From NCBI GenBank assembly GCA_964554335.1, contig CAZKOF010000003.1, positions 15,271-79,270 on the forward strand: a DNA stretch of 64,000 bases. The letters are read 5' to 3'. Below the pieces are notes generated by a model. The model saw only the letters and a program-made list of their open reading frames with translations. It did not search any database and had not been told where the DNA came from. This document shows, piece after piece, positions 17,702 through 27,646 of the stretch. How positions within the stretch are numbered: position 1 is the first letter of the stretch; each line of letters starts with the position of its first letter. Source of the DNA: an uncultured Bacteroides sp. Lineage in GTDB: Bacteria; Bacteroidota; Bacteroidia; Bacteroidales; Muribaculaceae. A program made the translations under genes and the position numbers.

Positions 17702-19078
17702 ATGAAGCAAACCACAATCAAAAACGGCTTCACCATTGCGGGCAAAGGACTGCACACCGGTCTTGATATTGTTGCCGAGTTCTGTCCTGCTCCTGAAAAC
17801 CACGGATATAAAATTCAGCGTATAGACCTCGAAGACCAACCGATAATCGATGCCGTAGCCGAAAACGTAAAGGCCACCACACGCGGAACCGTAATCGGTC
17901 GCGGCGACGTTGTCATCTCAACTATCGAACACTCGATGGCTGCGCTCTATGCCGCCGGAATCGACAATGTGCTAATAAAGGTCAATGCTCCCGAGATGCC
18001 GATACTCGACGGCTCCTCGCGCGAAATTTCCGATGCCATCATCGCCGCCGGCATCGAGGAGCAGGAGGCCGAAAAGGAATTCTACGTTGTCAAACAGAAA
18101 ATAGAGGTGCGCGATGACACAACCGGCGCCTCAATCATCGTTCTTCCCGACGACAACTTCAGCATCGACACGATGGTTGCCTTCGACAGTCCGGTGATTC
18201 CCAACCAGTTCGCCAGCATGGATAACATCGACCTTTTCTACAATGAAATATCCGGCGCACGCACGTTCGTGTTTGTCCGCGAAATCGAACCGCTGCTTGA
18301 GGCGAACCTCATCAAAGGCGGAGACCTCGACAATGCCATTGTTATCTACGACAAGCCGATGGAACAGAGTGCACTGGACCACATCGCAGACCTGACAGGC
18401 GCGCCCCGCATCGACGCCACTGAATTCGGATACTTGCGTCCCCTGGAGCACGACAACGAACCCGCACGCCATAAACTCCTCGACGTTATCGGCGACCTGG
18501 CACTCATCGGCCGCCCCATCAAAGGCCGCGTGATTGCAACCCGTCCCGGCCATTCGCTCAACACCACTTTGGCGAAGCAGATTCGCAAAGACCTCAAGCG
18601 CCAGGAGATCCAGGCACCCGGCTATAACCCCAACGTTGAGCCGGTGCTCGACATCAACGCCATCCGCGAGAAACTCCCCCACCGCTACCCCTTCCTTCTG
18701 GTAGACAAGATTATCGAAATCGGCAAGAAGCACATTGTCGGCGTCAAGAACGTGACCGTCAACGAGCCGTTCTTCCAGGGCCACTTTCCACAGGAACCCG
18801 TGATGCCCGGCGTACTCCAAATCGAGGCCATGGCCCAAACCGGCGGCCTGTTGGTTCTCAGTCAGGTAGACGAACCCGAGCGCTACTCGACCTACTTCAT
18901 GAAAATCGATAACGTGAAGTTCCGCCAGAAAGTTGTCCCGGGCGACACACTGATTTTCCACGTCTCTTTCCAGACACCGCTGCGCCGCGGTTGTGCAATC
19001 ATGAAAGGCTATGCCTTTGTTGGAGAAAAGATTGTTACCGAATGTGAGTTCATGGCTCAAATTGTCAAAAACAAATAA
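17702..19078 (+). CDS. lpxC: Bifunctional UDP-3-O-acyl-GlcNAc deacetylase / 3-hydroxyacyl-ACP dehydratase (LpxC-FabZ fusion)
   Basis: LpxC motifs (GKGLHTG, TIEHSMAAL, HKLLDVIGDLAL). C-terminal FabZ hot-dog (LPHRYPFLLVDKI, FFQGHFP..PVMPGVL). Confidence 0.95.
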   Translation: MKQTTIKNGFTIAGKGLHTGLDIVAEFCPAPENHGYKIQRIDLEDQPIIDAVAENVKATTRGTVIGRGDVVISTIEHSMAALYAAGIDNVLIKVNAPEMPILDGSSREISDAIIAAGIEEQEAEKEFYVVKQKIEVRDDTTGASIIVLPDDNFSIDTMVAFDSPVIPNQFASMDNIDLFYNEISGARTFVFVREIEPLLEANLIKGGDLDNAIVIYDKPMEQSALDHIADLTGAPRIDATEFGYLRPLEHDNEPARHKLLDVIGDLALIGRPIKGRVIATRPGHSLNTTLAKQIRKDLKRQEIQAPGYNPNVEPVLDINAIREKLPHRYPFLLVDKIIEIGKKHIVGVKNVTVNEPFFQGHFPQEPVMPGVLQIEAMAQTGGLLVLSQVDEPERYSTYFMKIDNVKFRQKVVPGDTLIFHVSFQTPLRRGCAIMKGYAFVGEKIVTECEFMAQIVKNK

Positions 19079-19080
19079 TC

Positions 19081-19857
19081 ATGCAGCCGTTATACACTAT
19101 CCACCCCGACGCACGCATTGCCGAGGGGGTGGTTATCGACCCTTTTGTCTATGTAGCAGCCGACGTTGAAATCGGCGAAGGCACACACCTCTATCCCGGC
19201 GCAATCGTCTTGGACGGCGCGCGCATCGGCAAAAATTGCCGTATCCACTCCGGCGCCGTTATTGCCGGCGAGCCGCAGGACCTGAAGTTCAAAGGCGAAG
19301 TGACAACCGCCGTCATCGGCGACAACAGTATTATCCGCGAAAGCGCTACGGTCAACCGCGGCACAGTCTCCAAAGGCACAACGATTGTCGGCGCCAATTG
19401 CCTGATTATGGCATACTCGCACATTGCCCACGACTGCGTCGTCGGCGACAACGTCATAATCTCCAATGCCAGCCAGATTGCCGGAGAAGTCAGGATAGAC
19501 CACCATGCGGTCATCGGTGGCGGCTCGCTGATTCACCAGTTCTGCCACATTGGTGCTCACATAATGATGCAGGGCGGCTCACTCGTCAATAAAGACGTGC
19601 CTCCTTATATTATGTGCGCACGCAACCCCATCAGCTATGCCGGCATCAATGTTGTCGGGCTCCGTCGCCGCGGTTTCAGCTCAGACGAGATTTCGACCCT
19701 GCAGGAGATATATCGCTACATCTTCTCAAGCGATTTGAACACTACCGACGCCATTATTGCCGTTGAGGCGAATGTTCCCGATTCCCCTTTCCGGAGCGAA
19801 ATCATTAACTTCGTTCGCAACTCCCACCGCGGAATTCTCAAAGGCAATAACTACTAA
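19081..19857 (+). CDS. lpxA: Acyl-ACP-UDP-N-acetylglucosamine O-acyltransferase
   Basis: Hexapeptide repeats plus the LpxA C-terminal helical domain (NVVGLRRRGFS..EI..L...Y). 258 aa. Confidence 0.9.
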   Translation: MQPLYTIHPDARIAEGVVIDPFVYVAADVEIGEGTHLYPGAIVLDGARIGKNCRIHSGAVIAGEPQDLKFKGEVTTAVIGDNSIIRESATVNRGTVSKGTTIVGANCLIMAYSHIAHDCVVGDNVIISNASQIAGEVRIDHHAVIGGGSLIHQFCHIGAHIMMQGGSLVNKDVPPYIMCARNPISYAGINVVGLRRRGFSSDEISTLQEIYRYIFSSDLNTTDAIIAVEANVPDSPFRSEIINFVRNSHRGILKGNNY

Positions 19858-19905
19858 TACTCAGCCAATCAAGCTATTATCTTTCACGGCTAATTTATTC
19901 ATTAA

Positions 19906-19953
19906 AATAACCTCCATTTTTTCATAAAATATTTTGGAGGTTATTATTTTTTT
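19906..19953 (+). terminator. Rho-independent terminator after lpxA
   Basis: An 11-bp stem, AAATAACCTCCA (19906-19916) pairing with TGGAGGTTATT (19935-19945), followed by a T7 run (19947-19953). The loop is long (18 nt, AT-rich). Confidence 0.6.
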
Positions 19954-19956
19954 GCC

Positions 19957-19964
19957 TACCTTTG
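19957..19964 (+). promoter_or_regulatory. -7 promoter box TACCTTTG for the ABC/GntR/efflux operon
   Basis: Exact TAnnTTTG, 25 nt upstream of the ATG at 19990. A TTTG at 19933-19936 lies 20 nt upstream, consistent with a -33 element. Confidence 0.6.
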
Positions 19965-19989
19965 CGGTGTAATAGAACACTAATACACT

Positions 19990-20823
19990 ATGCTTACCAC
20001 TCAAAATCTCACGTACCGCTACCCCGGACAAAGCACCCCTACCCTGCACGGACTGACGCTTGACTTTGCCCCGGGAGCCATTTACGGACTACTCGGCGCC
20101 AACGGCACGGGAAAGTCAACACTACTCTACTGTCTTTGCGGACTCCTGAAGCCCGCCGCCGGTTCCGCACAACTTAACGAAGTCGACACTTTCCGCCGCA
20201 AACCCGCCACTTTGGCCGACATATTCCTCGTGCCTGAAGAGATAAACCTGCCGGCCATCAAGCTATCGGAATTTGTCAGCCAAAACGCACCGTTCTATCC
20301 CAACTTCTCGACCGATGACCTTGCGCGTTATCTCGAGCACTTCAGGCTCTCAACGGATATTCACCTCGGCAATCTCTCGATGGGCCAACGCAAGAAAGCG
20401 TTCGTCGCTTTCGCGCTCGCGTGCAACACGTCCGTGATTCTTATGGACGAACCCACCAACGGTCTTGACATCCCCGGTAAATCGGAATTCCGCAGAGCAA
20501 TAGTCAGCGCAGCGACAGACACCCGCACGATAATCATATCCACCCATCAAGTCCGCGATCTTGACCGGGTTCTCGACCACGTCATGATAATTGACAACAA
20601 AGGACTGGTCCTCAACACTTCGACCGCAGCCCTGCAGAAGCGTTTCCGCTTCATCTTCACCGTTGACCCCGCGGAAATACAGGGAGCTATGTGGGCGCAA
20701 CCCGCTGTCGGCGGCTATAACGTTATCCGCCCGCGCATCGACACCGAGGAGGAGACCGACGTCAATCTCGAGAGCCTGTTTGAATTTTCATTTGCAAATC
20801 CTGAAATCGCATCCGCCTTATGA
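19990..20823 (+). CDS. ABC transporter ATP-binding protein
   Basis: Walker A GANGTGKST, signature LSMGQRKK, Walker B ILMDEPTNGLD. Confidence 0.85.
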   Translation: MLTTQNLTYRYPGQSTPTLHGLTLDFAPGAIYGLLGANGTGKSTLLYCLCGLLKPAAGSAQLNEVDTFRRKPATLADIFLVPEEINLPAIKLSEFVSQNAPFYPNFSTDDLARYLEHFRLSTDIHLGNLSMGQRKKAFVAFALACNTSVILMDEPTNGLDIPGKSEFRRAIVSAATDTRTIIISTHQVRDLDRVLDHVMIIDNKGLVLNTSTAALQKRFRFIFTVDPAEIQGAMWAQPAVGGYNVIRPRIDTEEETDVNLESLFEFSFANPEIASAL

Positions 20824-21650
20824 TAACCAATAACTATTCAACCTCCCGCATGTGGGCGCTCACGAAGCGCTATGCCGTAGAGAACCGCCGCAACATCCTT
20901 ATTACCGTCGGCGTCATGTTCGGACTTATACTCCTCTACTCCATCGTAATGACAAAAGCATTGTCGCCGTCTGATGAATCAGACTGGAATCCCCGCGAGC
21001 GCACGGTAGTTCTATGGATGTCTTATATGTGGATGGACGCCATTATAGTGCAAGTACTCGGCTCTCTGACATTCTCGTCAATGTCGACCAAGTCGAAGCG
21101 CATATCCAACATGATGCTCCCTGCCGCCCAAAGCGAAAAATTCATCAGCCAGTGTCTGCTATATGTTGTCGGCGGCAATATCGCAATGATTCTCACTTTT
21201 ATCCTTGCAGACACGATTAGCGCGCTGATTTTCGGCATAGCTCCGGGGTGGACAACACTGTCAGAGGTACTTAGCCTGAAACAGCTGTTCATGGAGACCC
21301 CAGAAATCATTCAGGGAGCGCTTCTGATGGTACTCTTCTTCCTGCTGATGTACCTCATGGGCCAGGCTATCTACGTGCTCGGTTCGGCACTTTGGCCTAA
21401 AAAATCTTTTCTCAAGACGTTCATCGCACTCTTTGCTATCCAGATTATCATTCCGATAATCATACCGTTCGGGATGTTGACCGACATTATCCCCGAGTTC
21501 ATCCATTGGTTCGACTCGATTAACCGACATGATGGCTGGCTTCTTGCATGGAGCGCCCTTGCCGTCGGCTATGCGCTTCTCTGCGGCGTCTACTTCCTTG
21601 CCTGGCAGCGCTATAAGCGTCTTGAAATTGTAAAACGGTTCCTGAATTGA
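20820..21650 (+). CDS. Multi-pass membrane protein, probable permease partner of the preceding ABC ATPase
   Basis: ATGA overlap with the ATPase gene. About 6 hydrophobic helices. No recognisable catalytic motif. Confidence 0.6.
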   Translation: MITNNYSTSRMWALTKRYAVENRRNILITVGVMFGLILLYSIVMTKALSPSDESDWNPRERTVVLWMSYMWMDAIIVQVLGSLTFSSMSTKSKRISNMMLPAAQSEKFISQCLLYVVGGNIAMILTFILADTISALIFGIAPGWTTLSEVLSLKQLFMETPEIIQGALLMVLFFLLMYLMGQAIYVLGSALWPKKSFLKTFIALFAIQIIIPIIIPFGMLTDIIPEFIHWFDSINRHDGWLLAWSALAVGYALLCGVYFLAWQRYKRLEIVKRFLN

Positions 21651-21651
21651 T

Positions 21652-22032
21652 ATGGCTTTACAAAGCAATTTACCCATATACCTGCAGATAGCCGACGGTC
21701 TGATGAATGACATTCAGGCCGGACGCTATCCCGCCGACGGTCGCATACCATCGGTTCGCGACGTCGCGGCAACCGCTCAGGTCAACGTCAACACGGCGAT
21801 GCGTACCTTTGAGCACCTGGAGCGCGAAGGAATCATCTACAACAAGCGCGGAATCGGATATTTTGTCTCCCCGGACGCCGCCGACAAAATCAACGCGCGG
21901 CTGAAAGACAAGTTTTTCACCGTCGAGATGGACTACTTTTTCGGTCGCCTGAGCCAAATCGGCATGGCCCCGGTTGAGCTGCTACGGCGCTACGAAACAT
22001 ATCTGAATCTGAAAAATGATAACGCTAACTGA
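21652..22032 (+). CDS. GntR family transcriptional regulator (short YtrA-like subtype)
   Basis: PIYLQIADGLMNDIQAGRYPADGRIPSVRDVAATAQVNVNTAMRTFEHLEREGIIYNKRGIGYFV is a GntR winged HTH. Only 126 aa. Confidence 0.8.
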   Translation: MALQSNLPIYLQIADGLMNDIQAGRYPADGRIPSVRDVAATAQVNVNTAMRTFEHLEREGIIYNKRGIGYFVSPDAADKINARLKDKFFTVEMDYFFGRLSQIGMAPVELLRRYETYLNLKNDNAN

Positions 22033-22687
22033 CGTCAACAAAACATATTTCAGCGCAATGCCCCTGCACGTGCTCCACGACATCAATCTCCATATCGACC
22101 GCGGAGAACTCGTGGCCATAATGGGAGCATCCGGCTCGGGTAAATCCACTCTGCTGAACATCATCGGAATCCTCGACAACTACGACTCGGGCGAATACCG
22201 GCTTGACGGAGTGCTCATCAAGAACCTGTCGGAAAATCGTGCCGCGGAGCTGCGCAACAGAATGATCGGCTTCGTTTTTCAGTCGTTCAACCTGATCAGC
22301 TACAAGGATGCAGTGGATAATGTTGCCCTGCCACTGTTCTACCAGGGAGTGTCGCGCAAAAAGCGGCGCCTGCTCGCAATGGAGCAGCTCGAACGGCTTG
22401 GCCTCGCCGACCGTGCGCATCATCTTCCCGGAGAGTTGTCGGGAGGTCAGAAACAACGCGTGGCGCTCGCCCGCGCACTCATCACCAACCCGAGTATCAT
22501 TCTTGCCGACGAGCCGACAGGAGCCCTCGACAGCAAGACCTCGAAAGAAGTCATGCAGATTTTCCGTGAACTCAACGCCGACCGCGGAATGACAATCGTA
22601 ATCGTTACCCACGACCCCGGTGTCGGAGAACAGACCAACCGGATAATCCGCATTTCCGACGGCCGCATCGTCCCTTACGTGTCATGA
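22016..22687 (+). CDS. ABC transporter ATP-binding protein, MacB/LolD-like
   Basis: Walker A GASGSGKST, signature LSGGQKQRVALARAL, Walker B ILADEPTGALD. 223 aa. Confidence 0.9.
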   Translation: MITLTDVNKTYFSAMPLHVLHDINLHIDRGELVAIMGASGSGKSTLLNIIGILDNYDSGEYRLDGVLIKNLSENRAAELRNRMIGFVFQSFNLISYKDAVDNVALPLFYQGVSRKKRRLLAMEQLERLGLADRAHHLPGELSGGQKQRVALARALITNPSIILADEPTGALDSKTSKEVMQIFRELNADRGMTIVIVTHDPGVGEQTNRIIRISDGRIVPYVS

Positions 22688-23904
22688 CAGACCTTCTGAG
22701 TGAAATATGGCAGACACTTGGCAATAACAAGAGCCGGACCGCGCTGACCGGCATCGCGGTGGCCTGGGGGATCTTCATGCTCATAGTGCTGCTGGGAATG
22801 AGTAACGGAGTCGTCAACTCGTTCAAGGAGAACACCCGCAGTCAGGGCTCTAACATGCTGAAAGTCTGGGGCGGCATGACCTCATTACCGTGGCAGGGCT
22901 ACCAGGAGGGCCGCGTCATTGAGTTGAAAGACGAGGATATCAGCCGCGTCGGCATCGACAACCCCGAACATGCCGCAAAGGTCACGAGCCAGATTGACGG
23001 AAGCAGCATGACGGTGTCCACGCCCCATGACTACACCTCGGCCAGCTACTCCGGAGTCTACCCCTCGGAGCAGCGCCAGCGTGCACTCGCGATGAAGTGG
23101 GGCCGCTTTATCAACGACCGTGACCTCGAGCAGCGGCGAAAGGTAGTTGTTATCTCCGTAAAAACCGCCGAGACCCTCTTTGCCGACCCCTCTAAAGCCG
23201 TTGGCTCCTCCATCAAGATGGGCGAACTCGCCTTCATGGTTGTCGGGGTCTATGACACGGAATGGGATCAGACAATCTACGTTCCTTTCACTACCGCGCG
23301 TATGCTCGCCGGCGGCGGCAACTCAATCAGTTCGCTGATTGTCGAGCTGCAGAACGTGACAACGATGGCTGACGGCTCCGAGGCTGAAAAACGGACCCGC
23401 CGCAGCCTCGCGTCAAACCATTCGTTCCGCCCCGACGACGAGAGTGCCGTATGGGTATGGAACCGCTTCAACCAGCAGCTGCAGATGAACGAGGGCATGA
23501 ACATATTGAACCTCGCCGTTTGGATAATCGGTCTGTTCACTCTTCTGAGCGGCATTATCGGAGTGAGCAACATCATGTTCGTCAGCGTCAGGGAGCGCAC
23601 CCACGAAATCGGTGTGCGACGCGCAATCGGAGCGAAGCCGCGCAGCATATTGACTCAGATAATATGCGAGAGCGTTGCTATCACGACACTCTTCGGCTAT
23701 ATCGGCATTTTTCTCGGCACCGCAGTCAACGAGGTAATCGCGCAACTGACGGCCGAGGTGGAGTTCGTCAGTAATCCGCGCACGGATCTCGGCATCGCCC
23801 TGTCGGTAACGCTGGTGCTGATTCTTGCCGGAATGTTCGCCGGCCTCTTCCCGGCCCTGAAAGCTCTTAAAATAAAACCAGTAGAAGCACTTCGAGAGGA
23901 ATGA
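22684..23904 (+). CDS. ABC transporter permease, FtsX/MacB-type
   Basis: N-terminal TM, large periplasmic domain, C-terminal FtsX domain (VRERTHEIGVRRAIGA). ATGA overlap with the upstream gene. Confidence 0.85.
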   Translation: MTDLLSEIWQTLGNNKSRTALTGIAVAWGIFMLIVLLGMSNGVVNSFKENTRSQGSNMLKVWGGMTSLPWQGYQEGRVIELKDEDISRVGIDNPEHAAKVTSQIDGSSMTVSTPHDYTSASYSGVYPSEQRQRALAMKWGRFINDRDLEQRRKVVVISVKTAETLFADPSKAVGSSIKMGELAFMVVGVYDTEWDQTIYVPFTTARMLAGGGNSISSLIVELQNVTTMADGSEAEKRTRRSLASNHSFRPDDESAVWVWNRFNQQLQMNEGMNILNLAVWIIGLFTLLSGIIGVSNIMFVSVRERTHEIGVRRAIGAKPRSILTQIICESVAITTLFGYIGIFLGTAVNEVIAQLTAEVEFVSNPRTDLGIALSVTLVLILAGMFAGLFPALKALKIKPVEALREE

Positions 23905-25133
23905 GAACCGGATTTTTCGATTTGGAGAACTGGCGCGAAATCGGCGCCACGCTCTCGCGCAACAAGACGCGCACGTTTCTCACCGCATTCGGCATCTTCT
24001 GGGGCACGGCGATGCTCGCCATGCTTCTCGGCGGCGCCGACGGCCTGGAGCGGATGCTTCGGCGAAATTTCGACGGCTTTGCGAGCAACAGTGCCGCCAT
24101 GTTCGCCAACCGTCGCACGATTTCCTACCGTGGATTCAACAAAGGCTCGGGCTGGGAAATGTCGGCCGCCGACATCGAGGCTATGCGCCTGATTCCGGGA
24201 ATGGAGGCGGTTGCCGCCACCAACTACACCGGCTCGCTGACTGTTTCAGCAGGAAAATACACGACCACGGCGACCGCCCAGGGCGTTGACCAGGACTTCA
24301 TGAAAGCATTCCTGCCAACGATAAACTCGGGACGTTTCATCAATGAAAGCGACCAACGTCAACGGGCTAAGGTAGCCGTACTCGGGGTGAATATAGCGAA
24401 CAAACTGTTTCCCTCAGGCAACGCCATCGGGCAGTTCATAAACCTTCAGGGAATATATTACAAAGTTGTCGGCACCGCCTCTCAGGAGGCTGAAATCAGA
24501 ATCAACGGGACGAAAATCGACGACTGCATCACCCTGCCGCAGTCAACCCTCACACAGGCATTCAACCTCGGCGACGGAGTCGACGGCGTAATGATAGTGG
24601 CCGGCAACGGTTCATCGCCCAAAATTCTGAAACCGCGCATCATGCGCGTTATCCGCGCGAACCATCCGATTGACCCGGCCGACGATCAGGCACTGTTTTT
24701 TTTCGATATCAGCGAGCAATTCGCAATGGTCGACAATCTATTTATGGGAATCACCCTGTTGGCCATGTTCGTCGGCATCGGAACGCTCGTTGCCGGTATT
24801 ATAGGTGTCGGCAACATCATGTGGGTCATCGTGAAGGAACGCACCAACGAAATCGGCGTGCGACGCGCAATCGGCGCCAAGCCGGTTGACATCGTGGTGC
24901 AGATTCTCTCTGAAGGAATTGCGTTGACGTCAGTCGCCGGAACCGCAGGCATCGTCTTTGCCTGTTCCATACTTGGCGCCGCACAGTATGCAACCGGCGT
25001 TAACTTCCAGATTTCGTTCGGTGTGGCAATCTCCATCATGTCGATATTCCTTGTGCTCGGCATCGCCGCCAGTATCATACCCTCACTCAAAGCAATGAAA
25101 ATAAAACCAATCGAAGCAATAAACGACAAATGA
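23901..25133 (+). CDS. ABC transporter permease, FtsX/MacB-type (second copy)
   Basis: Same architecture, with VKERTNEIGVRRAIGA. ATGA overlap with the upstream gene. Confidence 0.85.
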   Translation: MRTGFFDLENWREIGATLSRNKTRTFLTAFGIFWGTAMLAMLLGGADGLERMLRRNFDGFASNSAAMFANRRTISYRGFNKGSGWEMSAADIEAMRLIPGMEAVAATNYTGSLTVSAGKYTTTATAQGVDQDFMKAFLPTINSGRFINESDQRQRAKVAVLGVNIANKLFPSGNAIGQFINLQGIYYKVVGTASQEAEIRINGTKIDDCITLPQSTLTQAFNLGDGVDGVMIVAGNGSSPKILKPRIMRVIRANHPIDPADDQALFFFDISEQFAMVDNLFMGITLLAMFVGIGTLVAGIIGVGNIMWVIVKERTNEIGVRRAIGAKPVDIVVQILSEGIALTSVAGTAGIVFACSILGAAQYATGVNFQISFGVAISIMSIFLVLGIAASIIPSLKAMKIKPIEAINDK

Positions 25134-26221
25134 AAAAGTACTTGAAAGTAGCCCTTTGGGTGCTTGTTGCCGCGCTATTTGTCGGCACATTCATCTATCT
25201 GTTCCTGAATTCCCGCGGAAAGAAAACGGAGTATGAGATTGTAAGTCCCACTACCGGCACGACCATAACCAAAAGCACGCTGCTGACAGGGAACATCGAG
25301 CCTCGCGATGAGATTGAAATCAAACCGCAGATTTCAGGCATCATATCGGAATTTCTCGTCGACGCCGGCGACCTGGTCAAGGAGGGCGATGTGATTGCAA
25401 AAATCAAAGTCATCGCCGATGAGAGTCAGTTGTCATCGGCCCAAAACCGCGTGACTGTTGCCAAAAACGCCCTCGAACTCCAGCGCAGCAAGAGCGCACG
25501 CACATCGGAACTATATGAAAAGATGTTCGTCAGCCGCGAGGAATTTGAAGAATCGGAGAACGCGCTGCGTAACGCCGAGATTGAACTCTCGGCGGCCGAG
25601 GACGCACTGTCAATCGTGCGCGACGGCGTCAGCGCAACCAACGCCCAGGGGAGCAACACCCTCGTAAGGGCAACAATCACCGGCCTGGTTCTTGACGTCC
25701 CTGTAAAGGTCGGTTCATCGGTCATACAGTCAAACACCTTCAACGATGGCACCACCATTGCAAAAGTCGCCGATATGTCTGACCTGATATTCAAAGGGAA
25801 AGTTGACGAAACCGAGGTTGGCCTCCTCTCCATAGGGCAACCGATGACCATTACCATCGGCGCCATGCAGGACGTCCGATCTGACGCCAAGATTGAATAT
25901 ATCGCACCGAAAGCCGAGAATGAGAACGGCACCAACACATTTGAAATCAAAGCCGCAGTCAACCTGATGGACGTAAAGGATCTGCGCGCGGGCTATAGCG
26001 CCAATGCCGCCGTGACGCTCCAAGAGGCGCGCGACGTCATGAGCGTTCCGGAAGCCGTTATTGAGTTCGAGGGCGAAGACGCCTATGTCTATGTGCTGAC
26101 CGATGCCGACAAGCAGACATTCGAGCGCCGTAAAATTGAAACGGGCCTCAGCGACGGCATCAATATCGAGGTCACGGGAGGGATAACCGCAGACGACAAA
26201 CTCAGAGGAAACATGAAATGA
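25130..26221 (+). CDS. Efflux periplasmic adaptor (HlyD/MacA family membrane fusion protein)
   Basis: N-terminal TM, lipoyl-like GDLVKEGDVIAKI, coiled-coil hairpin, beta-barrel domains. 363 aa. Confidence 0.85.
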   Translation: MKKYLKVALWVLVAALFVGTFIYLFLNSRGKKTEYEIVSPTTGTTITKSTLLTGNIEPRDEIEIKPQISGIISEFLVDAGDLVKEGDVIAKIKVIADESQLSSAQNRVTVAKNALELQRSKSARTSELYEKMFVSREEFEESENALRNAEIELSAAEDALSIVRDGVSATNAQGSNTLVRATITGLVLDVPVKVGSSVIQSNTFNDGTTIAKVADMSDLIFKGKVDETEVGLLSIGQPMTITIGAMQDVRSDAKIEYIAPKAENENGTNTFEIKAAVNLMDVKDLRAGYSANAAVTLQEARDVMSVPEAVIEFEGEDAYVYVLTDADKQTFERRKIETGLSDGINIEVTGGITADDKLRGNMK

Positions 26222-27519
26222 TGAAACACATTTTATTTGCAGCAATCGTTGCCTCCGCGTTTTCGGCCGGTGCAGAGGTAATGGATCTTGACCACTGCAT
26301 CAGTTACGCCATTGAGAACAACCTGAGCATCCGCCAGCGCAACATCGAGCGCCGTTCTGCCGAGCAGGATGTTGTCAGCGCAAAGGACGCCGTCCTGCCG
26401 CAAATCAGCGGGTCCGCCTCTAAGTCGTGGGACTTCGGCCGAGGTCTGACGGCATCAAACACTTACGCCGACCGCAACACGAAGAGTTTCGGTGCCCAAC
26501 TCGGATTACAACTCCCGTTGTTCAACGGACTCCAGACCGTGCGCAATGTGGATTACGCAAAGGCGTCACTGACAGCCATAGTCGAGAATCTCGAGGCGAC
26601 AAAAGACGACGTTATCCTGCGCGTAATGGCACAGTATCTGCAAGTTCTCTACTGCGGCGAGCTCGAGGGGGTCGCACTTTCGCAGGCCGAGTTGACCGCC
26701 GGGGAACTCGAACGCCGCGAGGCTCTTCTCAGCGCCGGTAAAATTCCCGAAGCCGACATGCTTGACGCCCGCAGTCAGGCCGCACAGGCACGGCTCCAGC
26801 TCGTGAACGCGCAGAATGACCGCGCCACTGCCCTGCTTGACCTCGCCCAACTGCTGCGAGTTCCGGACGTCAGCGATTTTGACATCGTTGCTCTCGACAC
26901 GAATACTGAACCCGTCATCCGCGACCCACGGTCAGTCTATGAGGCGGCCCTCGGATTCAACCACACAATCCGTGCCAACCATCTGCAGGTCGATGCCGCA
27001 GACCGGCGCATAAAGCTGGCACAAACCGGTTACATTCCCCGTCTCAGCTTCAATGCCGGACTGAGCACCAACTACTATAACGTCGCGGGCTATGACAACG
27101 AGTCTTTCAAGTCACAGATGAAGCACAATTTCAGCCAGGTTGTCGGATTCACTCTCAACGTGCCGATTTTTGACGGCCTCACCACGCGCAATAACATACG
27201 CTCTGCGCGCCTGCAGAAACTCAGCGCCGATCTCAACCTGGAAACACAGAAAGACAACCTGTTCAAGGCCATAAACGAGAGCTATCTTCAGGCGGTTGGT
27301 GCCCGCGAGAAACTTGCCGCTGCCGAAGATGCGTGCACCGCAGGCGCGTCGGCTCTCGCCGCCGTGCAGGAAAAATATAACCTCGGGCGTGCGACCCCGA
27401 CAGATTTCGACACCGCAAAGAATAACTTCATCCAAGCAATGTCCGAGCGAGCCCGTGCCCGATATGAACTGATTCTGCGAACCAAAATACTCGACTTTTA
27501 CGCTACACCTCGGGGCTGA
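26218..27519 (+). CDS. TolC family outer membrane efflux protein
   Basis: Signal peptide and two repeated OEP halves (LDLDHCISYAIENNLSIRQ..., PLFNGL / PIFDGL). 433 aa. Confidence 0.85.
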   Translation: MMKHILFAAIVASAFSAGAEVMDLDHCISYAIENNLSIRQRNIERRSAEQDVVSAKDAVLPQISGSASKSWDFGRGLTASNTYADRNTKSFGAQLGLQLPLFNGLQTVRNVDYAKASLTAIVENLEATKDDVILRVMAQYLQVLYCGELEGVALSQAELTAGELERREALLSAGKIPEADMLDARSQAAQARLQLVNAQNDRATALLDLAQLLRVPDVSDFDIVALDTNTEPVIRDPRSVYEAALGFNHTIRANHLQVDAADRRIKLAQTGYIPRLSFNAGLSTNYYNVAGYDNESFKSQMKHNFSQVVGFTLNVPIFDGLTTRNNIRSARLQKLSADLNLETQKDNLFKAINESYLQAVGAREKLAAAEDACTAGASALAAVQEKYNLGRATPTDFDTAKNNFIQAMSERARARYELILRTKILDFYATPRG

Positions 27520-27548
27520 GGTGCACAAGTGATTAAATATTGCGCAAT

Positions 27549-27590
27549 AGGTTAACATTACAAAAAAATGTTAGCCTGTTTCGCTTTTTT
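27549..27590 (+). terminator. Probable rho-independent terminator after the TolC gene
   Basis: An 11-bp stem including one G-U (AGGTTAACATT 27549-27559 pairs with AATGTTAGCCT 27567-27577), a 7-nt loop, then GTTTCGCTTTTTT. Confidence 0.5.
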
Positions 27591-27593
27591 GCG

Positions 27594-27601
27594 TATATTT
27601 G
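27594..27601 (+). promoter_or_regulatory. -7 promoter box TATATTTG for the 2-oxoacid:ferredoxin oxidoreductase operon
   Basis: Exact TAnnTTTG, 78 nt upstream of the ATG at 27680. Confidence 0.5.
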
Positions 27602-27646
27602 CGTTTAAATTTAGTAATCAAAACGCTTCCCCTTAAGGAAAAGCAC

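Noticed and set aside
18131-19060. 309-aa minus-strand ORF opposite lpxC/fabZ, with similar cases at 28173-29006, 9524-10729, 14910-15662, 49518-50342 and 59597-60241
   Set aside because: All of them lie antisense to genes with clear family motifs. None has its own promoter box or a recognisable domain.
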